Positions 26,972 to 41,800 of a DNA stretch of 64,000 bases are shown here, in pieces. Below the pieces are notes generated by a model. That model worked only from the letters and a program-made list of their open reading frames with translations. It was not told the DNA's origin and did no database searches. Each line of letters opens with the position of its first letter. Within the stretch, counting starts at the first letter, position 1. The stretch is from Rhizophagus irregularis (Eukaryota), in NCBI RefSeq assembly GCF_026210795.1, contig NC_089433.1, forward strand, positions 4,526,001 through 4,590,000, written 5' to 3'. The position numbers and the translations under genes were made by a program.

Positions 26972-28722
26972 CCCTATAAAAAATGACCCTCCAGAATATT
27001 TCCGGTATAACTCCATGGGTTCCGTAAATATTCAGTGAATTTTTTCGGAATAATAACCGGTTGAATAACAATCCGGATTCTCTCAGTAATTTCAGCAATA
27101 TAAATACGGAATTATCAGATTTCTAAAAATAACTGATAATTTGCTGATAATTAACTATGATAAAAAATGGAAAAAATATGAATATATCTAAATAAAAAAG
27201 CAAATAAAAAATTCACTAGGGATAACAGTCAGTGACGCCTTGGATCTGTAATCCTAGTTTTTTATTATGTAATACAACGCCGTAACGAACTATAATTTAT
27301 AAATAAAGTTTTATTTAAAAAAAATATATTATTAAGAAAATTAATACAATAGTAGTATTAAATATTGGCTTTATTATTAAATATTAAACTATTTATACTT
27401 TCAAATTAATAAGACGCGTATATACTTTTCAAAAGTTTATAAATATATAAACTTTGTTTATTTATTATAAATACAACTCAAACTTTTATCTAATTAAACA
27501 TTCAACTCTTAAAAGAAATTTTTAAAATATTTATTGTCAAAGAAAAGAAAAGATGTCACAAAGTACTAATCACACTATTGATATTTGTGAACTTAGTTAT
27601 GAACAGCGCAAACAACTCTTTGCTTAAGAATTAATAATTTTATGTAATTATTATTACAGAATGATTTACTCGTGGTGAGTGTATAAATTCATATTTTTAG
27701 TGAAGGTATAAAAATGAGTATAAAAATAAATAATCTTCATTATTTTATTACGGTTCAAAGACACAAACCTTACATTACCAGTTTCTGAATCTAACTTTAT
27801 ATTTCGTGAATGGCTTGCTTTGTATTGTAATAATACAGGTTTGTGCTCTATTATATAACTTTTTGTATTTTTTTAAAACAACTTTTACTTAATTTTATTA
27901 TTGTTGACCAAGCCAAAAAAAGAAAATCGCTGGTGCAAAAGAATATGGCCTTCCACTACCACAGCAAAAAAAAAAAAAATTATCAAACCACCTAATAATA
28001 AGAAGTGTAACATGAGTGATTCTACTGGCAGCTTGCAAGCTTCTGGAAGTACTTCAAGTATTATTTTTATAATTATTCCATAGTAATTAATATTAACATT
28101 TTAAATAATATAAACACTATTATTTTTTATTTTCAAAAGCAACAACTTCTATCTCCAAAGCTAATGCGCTAGATACTGAGGCTCTACCATCTTCCACTCC
28201 AGGCGAAGTTAATACTTCTGAAACTAAGGCCAATTCTCTCCATATTACACCTGTTATGGATAAAATTGCAGAAACTTCTAGTAAGGCAGTAATTTCATTT
28301 TTTTCAAATAAATATAATTATATTTATTATGCTTTCCAATTTTATAGGTAAAAAAGAAAAAGAAATCTTCCTCACAAATCCAAGTAAAACTACAAAATCT
28401 TCATGAATAACAAGGTCTGTTGGCAAGAAAACTAATTAGTAACATAAAGGAGAAATCCTAGAATTGTATCTTGGAAATTTATCCGAAATTTATCCATTTT
28501 ACGCAATAAATTATTCTATGAATTAAGTTTTTTATTAGTTTATTATCAGTGTTATTAATTAAATCTATTCAATAAATTTTCAGTTTTTTTACAGGTAATT
28601 TCAGTAAAATTTCCATATAAATGCCGCAAATATGAGACCTTTACTGAATAAACACGGAATTGTCTATTTAATAATATAAACGGAATAAAAACGGAATCAA
28701 ACGGATCAAAATTTTTATAGGG
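26972..28722. mobile_element. Non-autonomous TIR DNA transposon with 3-bp TSD (CMC/EnSpm-like)
   Basis: TIR CCCTATAAAAA...TTTTTATAGGG; TSD CAT at 26969-26971 and 28723-28725; TTCCG/CGGAA subterminal repeats; decayed spliced ORF inside. Confidence 0.75.
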
Positions 28723-28989
28723 CATATATGATTTATAAAATAGTCCAATTCTTTCTTCTATTCAGTTGCAGTCAATATAATTTTTTTTTAAAAAAACCGT
28801 AACGCGTTTATTATTTATGAACAAGTCAAAAGATATAGTTACATAAAGCTATAAACACCTAGAAAAAAGCAGACAAGACCTACTTTCCTCTATAACTGAG
28901 TCCAATCTAGTCTAAAAAACTATGACAAATCTAAAAATTAATAATTGTTAATTTTAAAATCTATCTATTGTGTATGTTGCAGTCAATTT

Positions 28990-29960
28990 AACATTTTGGT
29001 GCTTCTGGTTTATTTATTTCAGGTCTAATTCCCCTACAGATTTCAAATGCTAATATTTCATCATGTGCAAATTTGTCAAAAGGTTATCTTCCAGTTACTA
29101 AAAAATACATCTCTGCTAAATCCATATCTGAATTACAAAATATATAACTACCATAATATAAAAACTAATAGTTGCCAATATATTTCCTGTATGAAAATCA
29201 CGATGAACCTTGATGAATATTTATTTTTAAGACCAATAATAATAATGTTTAATAATGCATCAAGATTATATGACCAATCAAGTTTATTATAATGCTTATT
29301 TATCCAATAACATACTATATTTCCACCTCTTGCACAATCAAGAACATAATATAATCTATCCTTCCATATTGCTGAATAAATTGTAGCAAACCCACCTTCA
29401 TCTATTTTTTTAATATTTTTAAATTGGTTATAATGTAAAATATTATATCATTCGGTTCATTAAGTTTTTAATTGCATTTCTTAAATTATCAATTTTTCAT
29501 TTCCAATTGTCCATTTTGTAAAATTTAGTTTTAAATTGTTTACCTGAACATTCTAACACCATTTATATATTACACGAACAGATTTCACCACACTTTTTAC
29601 AATATGATGAAAAATAATGATATAAGAATTTGTATCTGGATCTTGAGATGTTTCATATATCGATACTAAATTTTGCTAAATATTTATTAACCTATAAAAT
29701 AAAAAAAAAACAACCTTTTTATTTGAATTTCTTGTCCATTTTTTATTATAACCAAATAAATAATGGACTATTTTCCATCTTGCTAAATATATCGTAACAA
29801 AATCATCGCTTATTTTTTGAATATCCTTTATTTTTATATTTATCGAAAATATAATTATGACAAACTACACATATTTCAAAAATATCCACAAATTCGCATT
29901 CAACAACAGATGATGCGAAATAACTTCCTGATGAAGAAAAAACTTTTTTAGATAAAAAAA
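28990..29960 (-). pseudogene. Decayed tyrosine-kinase-like kinase pseudogene
   Basis: Minus-strand fragments FTKWTIGNEK, KKIDEGGFATIYSAIWKD and YETSQDPDTNSYII, interrupted by stops and frameshifts. Confidence 0.7.
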
Positions 29961-30926
29961 TTTTTCGTTCAGAAATAAACATTATTAACTCTTTTTAATA
30001 ATATTGTTGTAAAAAATCATATTTCTCTCAACTAGTTGGAAAAAATCCAAGAAGAAATTGGCGACTTCCAAAAACATTATGAAGAAACTTCAAAAACGTC
30101 ATGATGTGACTGTGCGGGCACTTAACAAATAAGCCACTTTAATAACCTTAAATATAAGACTATACAACCTGAACTGTATATACAACTTCTTTCCGCTTAT
30201 GTCAACTTCGTAATAAAATGTCTATACGTCCATACACGAATATTTTTAATCGCAAACAGTGTCATTGGTTTTTTAAACGAAAGTAAAGAAAAGCGGATCG
30301 AACAACTCTTCTAACACAGAGCCATCTATGGAGGAGCAGTTACAACAAACATTTTTGCATTCCTCTTTCTACTACTATAAGAAAACGGAACTTAGTTGGA
30401 CGCTAATGAAAAATGCTTAGAAAAATAAATTTTATCCAATAGTATGTAATTAGATTCATCCTATTAGTAGAAGTCTGAGCTAAAACGCTAAGATGGGCCT
30501 TTTTTTCGAATGTCTTCAAAGATTTGTTCTAGAAAATAAATAGATAGACACCTGCCTAAGAGATTTTTGAAATTAATATTTTAATAAATTAATATTTTAA
30601 TAACTGTCGAGTACTGGTTACTGCATTAGCGACTCCTAATGAAATGGAAATTTTATTATTTAAACCGAAAATTAACTTTTTCGATTATTAAATTATTTAT
30701 GATTAACGTGGTAAAGGATTATTAAAATCTCGCATGTTCATTTATAATTTTTAACAAATATTTCTGTTAAAATAAAGAAATATTGAATTTTTATTAAGAA
30801 AACATCTAAATTAAGACATGATAAGTTTTTGTGTAAAAGCAAATTTTTTTTTTTTAAAAAATAAATAAACAAAAAATAATTGTAACTATAAATATTATCT
30901 AGAGTCCGTCTCTTTTAACTCTTTTA

Positions 30927-32367
30927 TCAAATTTTTTCACCATATAAAAACTTTCCAATGCGTTTGACGGTGTTATCATAAGCACCACCCCTACTTAATG
31001 CCCTAGTTGCCGCATAACCATGCATATTAGCATCATCTACCACGAATTCTGTTTTTATATTATTTTGTTGTAATTTTCCAATAAATGCTGTAACATCATC
31101 CAAAAAAATGTCAAAACTTCCAACGCAAGCAAATACTTTCGGTAAACCCAAAAGTTGACTTTCAAATAATGGAGAAATCATTGGACAAGATGGAAGAAGA
31201 TTTGAGTCGCCAATATATAAATTTGTGCTATTGTTGAACCAGGTAACATCTGTGATGTCATTCGAAGCATTGTCGATGAATGATCGAGTATTTCCTAGTC
31301 CCTGAAAACCCCAAAAAGAATTATAAAATGAATAATTAGCAAGAATACTACGTATAAAAACTATAAAATCATAAATTACTTACGGATACTGTAGGAGAAA
31401 GTAAAATAAGAGCAGCAGGAGGATCGGTATATGCTTGATTTATAAGATGTATTGCGCTAATTATAGCCAAATTTCCGCCTGAACTATCACCAGCTAAAAA
31501 AAAAAAAATATTTTTGAATAAAATTAATTTAGATTAAAATATTAATTTAAATAAATTATCAAAATATGTACCAAAAGCAATTTTGGATGGGCTAATTTTC
31601 TTTTCATTAATAAGCCATTGATAACACTCCAACATATTATCTCTAGCAGCTGGGAATGGATGCTCAGGCGCCAATACTATAAAATTAAAATTTCGATATT
31701 CGTTATAGATTATACATTCAAAAACATAATACGTTAATATTTAATTAACTTACGATAATCTAGTGATAAGATTTGTGTTCTAACGCCATAACTCAATTTC
31801 CATGCTTTAATCCAATCGATGTATGTATCTAAGAGAAATAAAGCGTCACCGAAAACGAAGCCACCACCTATTTCGTTCAAAACAAATTAATATTATTGAA
31901 AAATTTTTTACTTTTTTCGATTCTTTACTTACCATGAGCGTATAAAATAATCATATCAGCATCCTTTCCAATTTCTGCACGATCAACACCATCAGCAATT
32001 AAATATCCTTCCCATCCATCTTCTTCGTTACTCGTATTCAATTTCTTTACCCAATGATTTTGTCTTCCACGAGTGAATTTTTCAGATCCACTAAATAATT
32101 TTCTTAATAGCCATAGTGGTAAGTATAACTCAAAGGTTTTAAGGATGGTCGCTGTTATACGTTGATATAAGGATGGTGTCAAACATTCTTTATCAAAGAA
32201 TAAAGACGTGAAATATGCAAGAATTGCTAGTGGAATCTTAAATGCTAAAATAATACATATATAGAGTTGATTTAATTAATATCTCAGGAATAAATAATTT
32301 CTTATCGACATTTTTATACTTTACCCAAGACTAAGGTACACAAAAGTACAGATAAAATGAAATCCAT
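30927..32367 (-). CDS. Alpha/beta hydrolase, HSL family (paralogue of 2880-4406)
   Basis: ATG 32367 (MDFILSVLLCTLVL); same intron positions as the paralogue; HGGGF, GDSSGGN, DIFLDD, MHGY; stop at 30927. Confidence 0.88.
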
Positions 32368-34858
32368 TTTTGATATTGATAAAAATAAATGAAATTAATC
32401 GGTGTTTATATTAAATGTTTTTAAAAAATTATGCTGCGCATCACATGAAAAATTTAATTCAAAAATGTGAAATCCGCATGCGAAAAATTTGTTTGAAAGT
32501 GATCTGCATAGGCACTTTTCCCATATTAATTAGCGTCAAAATTTTTTCTTGTGACTTCATCGTGACTTTTTCTTTTTTTTTTTAAGTAAATTTATTTTAT
32601 TCGTTAAAATCATGGTAATAGAATGGGGAAATTGTATTTTAACGCACCCTGCACAAAATGCATCTCGACTACTGTTGACAGCAGGAGTTTAGGTTAAGTT
32701 AGGTTAGCATTTTGTACGTCATATCCTTTCTATGTCCCTATTTTTAGTATCACTAATAATAAAAATCTCCGTTAAATAACATCCCTGCATTTTACGTGGA
32801 ATGCATCGAAGATAAAAACCCTTAAAAAATATTTTTATTTATTGCAATTAATACAATTAATTCAATCAACCCAATTTAGGACGATTATCCTCCACTTTTG
32901 AAGTTGAATTATTATTAATACCCCACTTTATTATAGTCGAAGACATACAAAATACAGTAATAAATCATGTTGATAGTGACTTTGAAGGAGAAAATAATCA
33001 CCCCTTAAATTTTATATTCTCGTAACGTCAAATTCTTTAAAATTATTGAAATAATATGAAATATGTAATTTTTTTCGTAAAACTTTTATAAATCACGAGA
33101 TATTTCAATTTATGTATAGAATCACGTGAAAGTTGAGTTAAAAATTTATTTCGTCGGGAGTTAGTTAAGCGTTGGGACTGGTTGAAAAATAAAAATGTTT
33201 AAACGATTGCATTGCATAAATATTGTTCATTCCTTGTTGAGAAAAACTCGGGAAAATTTGGTAATAACTTAATCGTGTTCTGTCGTTACTCGTTAGTTTT
33301 CACCTTATTCTGAGCTTTAACGAGTTTTACCGAATGTACTGTACCTATCCCGTATTTGATGCAAAATTTGAGTCGGGTCATTAACCCGGGTAAACTCAGC
33401 CCGTACGAATTACAATAAGACAACATTTTTCTATTATTTCTATTATAGATGTAAAGCCCATTTAAAATTTAGACAAATAACAAGTGCGTACATGAAGCAT
33501 TATTGTTCCGAACATGCGCAAAAAACCCGAGAAAAAAAATTATTTTTATGCAATCAATTTCAATGATTAATACCGCAAAAAATTTGTATAATATTCTTTG
33601 TTTTAATCTTTATTTCGAGACAAAAATCTAAATGTATTAAACATATGCTTGTACATAAAATGATCGCCGCTATGAATGGCTGCGCCATAATTAATTAATG
33701 AACGGACGTTAATTTTTTTTGCAAAATAAAAAACAAACTTTATATACAGGTGAAGATCATGCGATGATAAATAAATTATTAGAAAAGAATTTTACGATAT
33801 AATATTGGAATGGATACACTATTGATCAATTTTTTGATATTAAAGAAATAAGAAAAGATGATTTAGGTGATTTATCACAATTTTACAGAAATACGGTAAA
33901 CTGGTTCGTTATATTATAATAAAAGGAATTAATGAGAAATTCTTACTTTATTTTGTATAACTCAAAAATCTATAAGTTCACTGTTGAAATATACTTTATT
34001 AAAACAAATATATTATTCCTAAATTATGAATTTAAAGTAAATATCACAAAAGATTATTTGTTTGTAGTTCTTCACGCTGTGAAAAATCTGTATGATTTGC
34101 ATAATTCGCAAAATATTTTAATCCGTTTAACGGAAAATGTTTCACTTATCAAAATGACGCAACTGATCTACATCATTTGAGATTAGTGCTGGTCAACGTG
34201 ATAATTCTGGCCTATATTATATTAAAATTAAAATGATGCCAACTAAAATGAAGTAAATCCCGCTTTAAATGGCAGGTCATTTCCGAGCACTTATTCAATA
34301 AAAGTAATATTCTTAAAAAAGTCATCTTAGTTGCATACAGAGCTATTTAAGCTAAGATGGTTCGTTCATACACGCGTATAGAAAAATTATCAACCGACAG
34401 TGCACAAATGGGATCTTTTAGGATGACGGATGGTGTATAGATTAATAATATTAGATAGTCGTCCCGTAATTTAGTTACTTACAAATTGTAACATATAAAC
34501 TTTCTAAGAACAACGTTTTTTTTCCGCAACACATGTTAAAATTAAAAGTGGAAATTTTGGTGATTGGATAAAAAATTATTAATAACTTTAATTTAATTAG
34601 TCGTACAAAATAGAATTATTATTAAATTATTAATAGAGTCCTTAAGGAAAATTCATCAAGAACGGATGGTTTACCTTGATTTACATACAGTCATACAGGA
34701 AATAAATTAAAATTATAATATGTAGTCCTTGAACTCTTGAAGTAATAAGAGATGACGATAAACAAGCAGCTGATACATAATTTATGATTATTACGTATTT
34801 AATAATAATTGACCTTTTCTAATACTCACATGATGAATCCTAAATATCACTACAAATA

Positions 34859-35137
34859 CAGTCAAACCTCTATATACCGATACAGCTTTTTTTAGAAAAA
34901 AATATCGGTATATCAAAATATCGGTACTTGTAATTCGTTAGCAAATTATAATGCGGGCCAAAATCTAGGTATATGTTGTTATACTTTACTATAAATGGAC
35001 AAAGGAATTGTATCGATATATGTTATATTGTGAAATTATGTTATAATGAGGTTTTTTTATTAGTTGCGAAACGGGAAAAAGGAAATTCATCGGTATATGT
35101 CAATTATCGGTATATAAACTATCGGTATATCGAGGTT
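34859..35137. mobile_element. Tc1/mariner-pogo-type MITE, right end truncated
   Basis: TA|CAGTCAAACCTCTATATACCGATA on the left; TATCGGTATATCGAGGTT on the right; repeated TATCGGTATA. Confidence 0.6.
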
Positions 35138-36125
35138 ATTATGTTGATTTAAATAAAAAATGTTGTGATTCATGATTCAAGTCCAGATAATAGACCAAAT
35201 GTTATTTGACTATTGATCTTCGAAAGGAACATTATGAAATTAAAAAAAATATTCCAGAGAAGCGGAAAAATATAGAAATTTACATTACATTTTGTAAGAA
35301 ACAGAAACTTATTTATACGCCTTGACCGCTTAATACAATTTACGATTTTATGCTAAATAAAAGTTCTTTTACGCATAATATTACTTGTATGAATTTTTAA
35401 TTGCAATTTAATATAATAATAATAAACATTTATTCTTGATACATGTATTAATTGTATTATTGTAGTTTCTACTATTACAAATAGAAATTAATTTATAATA
35501 ATTACCTAACGCCTTCTCTTGATTCATTGTGCGCAATGGTCTTTTATTTTCTTGTGAAACCTTAATAAAACAATATATTTACAAGATCATATATAATTAA
35601 ACTCTTAGATTTATTATAATATAGTAGTTGAAACAATAAGAAATGTAAATTCAAGTGGATCGCGATCAACCTTTGGATATGAAAATTCCCCTATGTTACA
35701 TTAGAAATAACATATAGGACTGATCATCAAGGATTTAAGTTTCAATTCAATAATATAAATTCATATTTGTAAGTAGGTTATTATGATTCCGGATAAATTT
35801 CCTAGAACTTTACCGAATAAAGTCTTATTTAACACGATTCATTATTACTCAAAGCCATTATATAATCGTTAAGAGAACCCTCTTTCCATATTTAGTCAAT
35901 TAGTATGACTATCAAAAGTAAAAACTCCGGAATTTAACCGAAAACTAATTAATCTATGGAAAATTCTCGGATCTATCGGGTAAATTTTGATTGTTCCAAT
36001 GGGAACATTTCAGGGGCTTTTCGACACAAAAATAAATATAAATAAATAAGAAAAAAAAAATTTTTTTTTTCAATATTGAAGATTCAAAGAAATCGTTACA
36101 TTTCACTAAATATACATTTTTTAAT

Positions 36126-38299
36126 ATGAAGTATCATTCGTTGACTAAACGATTATTCTCGAAGAAATTTTTACACTTCATTATTCTTTGCAATTTATTT
36201 TTCAATGTGGTCATCGGTGCAGATCCTATTCCATCAGCTGCGCCTCCAATAAGTGGTTGGATTCCAAGAGAAATGAATCTTGATCGTACTGAAATTCCGA
36301 AAAATATATTGGTGGTGGTTCCAGTTGGAGGTAAATTATTGTTTTTAATCACGAAATTTAAATTCATTATTTCTAAAATTACGTTAAATTTAATTATAGG
36401 ATTGAGTCATCTTCGACACATTTTAACAATTTCAAATATCTTGGCCGATCGTGGATACAATGTAAGTAAAACTTTGGAAATTCCGAAAGATACTTTTAAT
36501 TTTTTATTAAAAAAAAAACTTTCTCTATTCTTTTTCTCATCTTCGCAAATAGGTTACGTTAACGACGAAAGGAACATTTAAACTATCACAACAATATCCA
36601 AAAATTAATTTTATTTCACTCGGAGAAGTAACCGATTTCTTAAATAATCCAGAATTCGTAGATTTAGTTCAAGGAAAATTTAACATAGGAAAGCTTCAAA
36701 ACATATTTAAAAAACGGTTCGATTCTTATAATAGTACATTTTTACAACTTAAGGTAATTTCTGAGATAGTTAAACCGGATTTATTTTTCTGTGATACTTT
36801 AAATAACGAACCGTGTTTTGACATGGCTTGGGTAAAAAATAAACCTTTCGTTGGAATTGCAACTAGTGTCTTAGGTAAGTTAAATTTTTTTTTTATTCCT
36901 TTTTATTTTAATAAAAAGTATAAGATACATGTAAGAATTTCATATATTTTAGGATTGTCACGTGTCCCTTATAAATCAGATCCTTTATTTGAATGTAAAG
37001 TTAGCATGGAAAATGAATCATTTTGGGAAAGATTTAGATGTGAAATTATTTCACCACTTAAGTTCATATGGACATTAAGAAATTCTTTTGGCGAATTTAA
37101 TGAAGTAAGAGCTAGTTATGGTTTACCAACATTAAAAAATCCATTTGATCGATGGCAATCTTCTTTATTCTTACTCGATAATTTCTTTGGTTTTGAGGTT
37201 AGAAATTGAAAGATTATTTTGTTATAATTGTTTTTTTTTATCGATTAATTATTTAATAATTACAATTATATTTTTATTTTGATTAGATGCCAATTCCTTT
37301 ATCTCCGATAATTCAGGTAAATTTTACATTGGTCGAGACTCAGCTTTTATTCTCATATCCTCAAAAAATTTTGTTGCTTTGTATATATATATATATATAT
37401 ATTAGGAAATTGGACCGGTTTTACCAGATTATTATCCTCCATTAACGCCGGATATCGAGAAATTCCTTACGTTGCACAAACGTACAATGTTTGTAGCACT
37501 AGGATCATTCTTATTCTTAACACCTGAAAATAATGCAAAATTATTACAATCTATCATTGAAGCCACTGAAAATGGAATTGTTGACGGAGTTATTTGGGCA
37601 AATATTGTAAAGAATCGAGAATCATTTCCTCCCAGTATAACTCTTTCAAATGGTAGAATTATTTCCACTTCCGATATATTTGAAAACAAGAATCCAAATA
37701 TTCACATGGCATCATTTGCACCTCAATTTGCCATATTAAATCATACTAATACAAAACTTTTCCTAAGTCATTCTGGGGCAGGAAGTGCTCACGAATCATT
37801 ATATACAGGAACACCTATACTCGCATTACCAATTACTTTTGATCAACCTGGTAATGCCGAAAAATTGGAATTGGCTGGTGTAGCTTTAACATTAGATAAG
37901 CTTAATCTAGACGTGAATGATATATTAGATAAAATTAAACGAATTCAAAATGATGAACAAATACAAAGTAGTTTAAGAAGGATTAAAACTTTAGCCATTA
38001 TTAATAGTAATAGAAAATATAGGGCTGCAGATTTAATCGAATTCACCTTACATTCTTCAGCATTGAACCAAAAGAATATAAATGATGATAATAAATTTGA
38101 TGATAAATTGATATTTAAAGATCTTATTACTCCAGATACTAGGATGGGTTTCATTAAGGGAAAATATTTGGATGTTTACGCTACCGCTTTAGTAATTTTC
38201 GTTAGTATTTTATATGGAATTCTTCGAGGTCTTTATATAATTGGAAAATTAATTTACGTGAAATTATTTAAAAATGAAGATAAAGAAAAGAAAGAATAA
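36126..38299 (+). CDS. UDP-glycosyltransferase (GT1/UDPGT family), membrane anchored
   Basis: Exons 36126-36330, 36400-36461, 36553-36874, 36953-37197, 37287-37316, 37406-38299. GGLSH N-terminal motif; signature FAPQFAILNH..FLSHSGAGSAHESLYTGTPILALPITFDQ; C-terminal TM helix and KEKKE tail. Confidence 0.92.
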
Positions 38300-39101
38300 T
38301 GAGAACAAATTTAAATTTTTTTCTAACATTTTTAATATCAATATTTCATGTACCTTTGATCTATTTTACATTTTTTATTAAATAATTTTTAGCTTCAGTT
38401 CATCAATTAGTATTTTTTAAATATGATTTCGGTATACACAACGTCCTTAGAATGTTTTTCATATTGTCACGTGGACGTTAATTTGTCGGTGACGTAACTC
38501 AAACTTCATTTAAAAAGGAATAGGGCGTTGTATTAATCACGTGACATCGTGACGCTGTGATGAAAATTATTTTGACTTCCTATACTTTGTCCGGAAGGAG
38601 TGAAGGACAATATATGTCTACGCACTATTAAAAAAAAATCGATCACATGAATTTCTCTGTCCGCCACGTGATAGTCACCCAATGAAATCGCAAATTTTAG
38701 TTTTTCGCTTCGGACTTACAACGGTTCCCGTTTCCTAGTTCTGTATTCTGTATAAACGAATAACATAAAATTTCTTATAAAAAAAGCGTTGTAAGTTTAT
38801 AAAATTTCGCTTTAAGTAGAAATGCAATTTTCCTTCTTGCAATATACCAAGTAAACTTCTCACACCTTGGAATTAGACATATATAAATACAAATACTGGA
38901 ATAAATAAAATATTCAATATATATTATATAAAATTTATACAAATTCTTTATAAAAATACAAATAATGAAAGAATAAAATAATAATAATAATAATTTGTTT
39001 CGATTGTTATATATTATACAAATCTTACATATTTTTTTAGTATTATGTTAAAATAAAATATAAATACATAGTTTAAAATTTTGTTATAATGATTACCTAC
39101 A

Positions 39102-41159
39102 TTAATTAGTATAGTTCTTATTCCATTGAGCTGTTTTATCATTATCTCGGAAATCTAAAATCATTATAATTATTTAATTATTTTAATTTCAATTATAACA
39201 ATAATTATGAAATTTACTTACCATTATTTGAATTTACTTTTAAATTTCCAATTACACTGGATAATTTTTTAGTATTATCATCAAAATCTATTAAAAGATG
39301 ATAAATCGGGATTTAATTTTATTTTAATTTCAATTGTAATAATAATTATAAAATTTACTTACCATTATTTGAATTTATTTTTAAGTTTTCAATTACACTG
39401 GGTAATTTTTTAGTATTATCATCAAAATCTATTAAAAGATGATAAATCGAGATTTTAATTCAAAGTGTTCAAAGTTAATTTTACAATCATGTTAAATTAT
39501 ATTACACTTACCATTAGGAATACTAAAGAAATAATTACTATGGAATTCTTATAAAAAAAACATATCTTAGAGATATTTATATAATAATATACATTTAAAA
39601 ATTAGTTAAATTTATAGTAATACCTTTTTGTCCTGTTTATTTATTTAAAAAAGAAAAAGATAATTATTAATTGAAATTTTTTAAAATAATAATATAGTCA
39701 TTACATAAACATACCTTCACTTGAATTCGGGAATTGATAAATATTACTGGTATTACCTCGGCTTGTAGGGATATTTAATTGCAATTGCGAACTATATGAT
39801 TCTTGGTTGCGTTTCAAAGCTTCATCTAGATAATATGATGCACTTATCTTTCTTATCTTTATCCAAAGATCATTTATATTAGGTCTTTTTTTCGGATCAA
39901 CATTCCAACATTGCTCCATCAAATTTTTATATTCTATAGGAATATGTGATATTATTTTTGGTCTCATTCCATTTATTATACTCATTGCAAGATAATAATC
40001 ATGCTTATAATTACTATACGGAGATTGCCCAAATGCAATTTCCCACATTAGCATCGCAATACTATAAATATCAGATGTATAATTATATTCTTTTTTAATT
40101 ATAACTTCGGGTGCTATATATGGTAAATTTCCATAGATGGATCTTAATGGCTCATTTACTGGACCACAAAATCCAAAATCACATATAAACCATAAATCTA
40201 AGTATTTTGAATATAATATGTTTCCAGAATGTAAATCTCTATGGATTTTATTTTCTCTGTGAATACTATCCAGAGCATTTATTATATCAACGGTAATTTT
40301 AATTCTTTCTTTCCAAGTAAGATTATCATGGTTTTTTATTAAATATGTTCTTAAATCCAAATCCATTTGATGCATTACAAGGAAATAGTTTTGAGTTCGT
40401 GGATCTTGCGTTAGACCATGACATCGAACAATTTCAATCCATTTATTACTCATAGTTAAATGTGATTTTGCCTTTTAATTTAAAAATATTTCAAAAAAAA
40501 AAAAGATTTTATTAGAATAAATTAAATAAATTATATTTAATAATTTTTGTAATTTATAAATTACATACCTCATCAAACCAAGTTCTATTTGCACTTATAA
40601 TATTTTCTAACTTTTTAAGGATCACTTTATGCGTACCTATCCTTTTTAATTGATTTTCTTTAATATCCCATTCGTTATATTGTCCATCTATCCATTCAGC
40701 TAAATAAATTTCGGAGAATCCACCTTTAGTTAAATATTCAATTTTTTGTAAATTATTGTACGGGATCCATTCAACTATCATACTTGGATGAAACGTTTCA
40801 GATTGACATTTCTTTATTAAATCATCAATATCATCATTCCCTGATGTCCAATCTAAAGAGTTTATTTCCAAATAGTTTCGAACGCAATGTTCACAATATA
40901 AAGTTGCTAAACATTCTTGTTCGCAATTTTCGCACGTCCTTTTTTCTCCTTCACCATAAAGAATTTTATTATAATCATAATCTTCATTTAATAATTGCTC
41001 CACTTCTAATCTTTCATTTTTCGTAAGATATTTATTGGTATTAATGGTTTGTATTCTGAATTCATGTCGTTTGGTAATGTTATCGTGGAAATTATAATCA
41101 GTTAACGCGCATACTTTGTTAAATGCATTTATAGCATTAACATTATAAATATAGCCCAT
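39102..41159 (-). CDS. Tyrosine-kinase-like protein kinase with small duplicated 3' exons
   Basis: Exon 1 41159-~40569 (CxxC pairs, WTSGN, KGGFSEIY, VILK); exon 2 ~40472-39715 (HRDLHSGNIL, DFG, PYIAPE); 9-nt exon 39632-39624; exon 39547-39512; two near-identical exons ~39427-39362 and ~39287-39222; last exon ends in TAA at 39104-39102. Confidence 0.85.
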
Positions 41160-41674
41160 AACTAATTTGTTGAATTACTTATTTTCGTAACTCAAAAAAA
41201 AAGCGAAAAGCAAGAAAAAGGATTTCCGTTTTATTTACGTTTATTTATACTTAATTTCATCGGATTTAAAACTCCGTCATTCAAATGGATTATTAACATA
41301 TAATTTTAATACAGTAGTATTTTAAAATATAATTATTTGATAATCTTAATCTCATGAGTCATGGTCGATAAAAGGAAAATCTCATAATGTACTACTGTGA
41401 ATTAAAATTAAAAGATAGAAAGAGTATATTTTTATTTTTGTGTCATTCATGGAAATATTCTTTATTTGTTTAAAAATGAATGCGAACGTTTAAAGTAGTT
41501 AGATTCATGTTGATCAAAACAAACAACTTTTGCTTTTAGTATGATCTACAACACGTTTTTCATATGCGTTTGTAACGAGAGTTACGTACTGATAGGGGTA
41601 TTGTTTATTTTTCGTGTCCATTGTTACAAAATGTTACAATAATAGTATTCACAGTTTTTCGAAAACAATAGGTA

Positions 41675-41800
41675 TTCAAAGGGATTATATACGAATGTTT
41701 TTCAAAGGGTTATACACGAATGTTTTTCAAAGGATTATATACGAATGTTTTTCAAAGGGTTATACACGAATGTTTTTCAAAGGATTATATACGAATGTTT
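41675..41800. repeat. 25-bp minisatellite, 5 units alternating two variants
   Basis: TTCAAAGGGTTATACACGAATGTTT alternates with TTCAAAGGATTATATACGAATGTTT. Confidence 0.9.
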
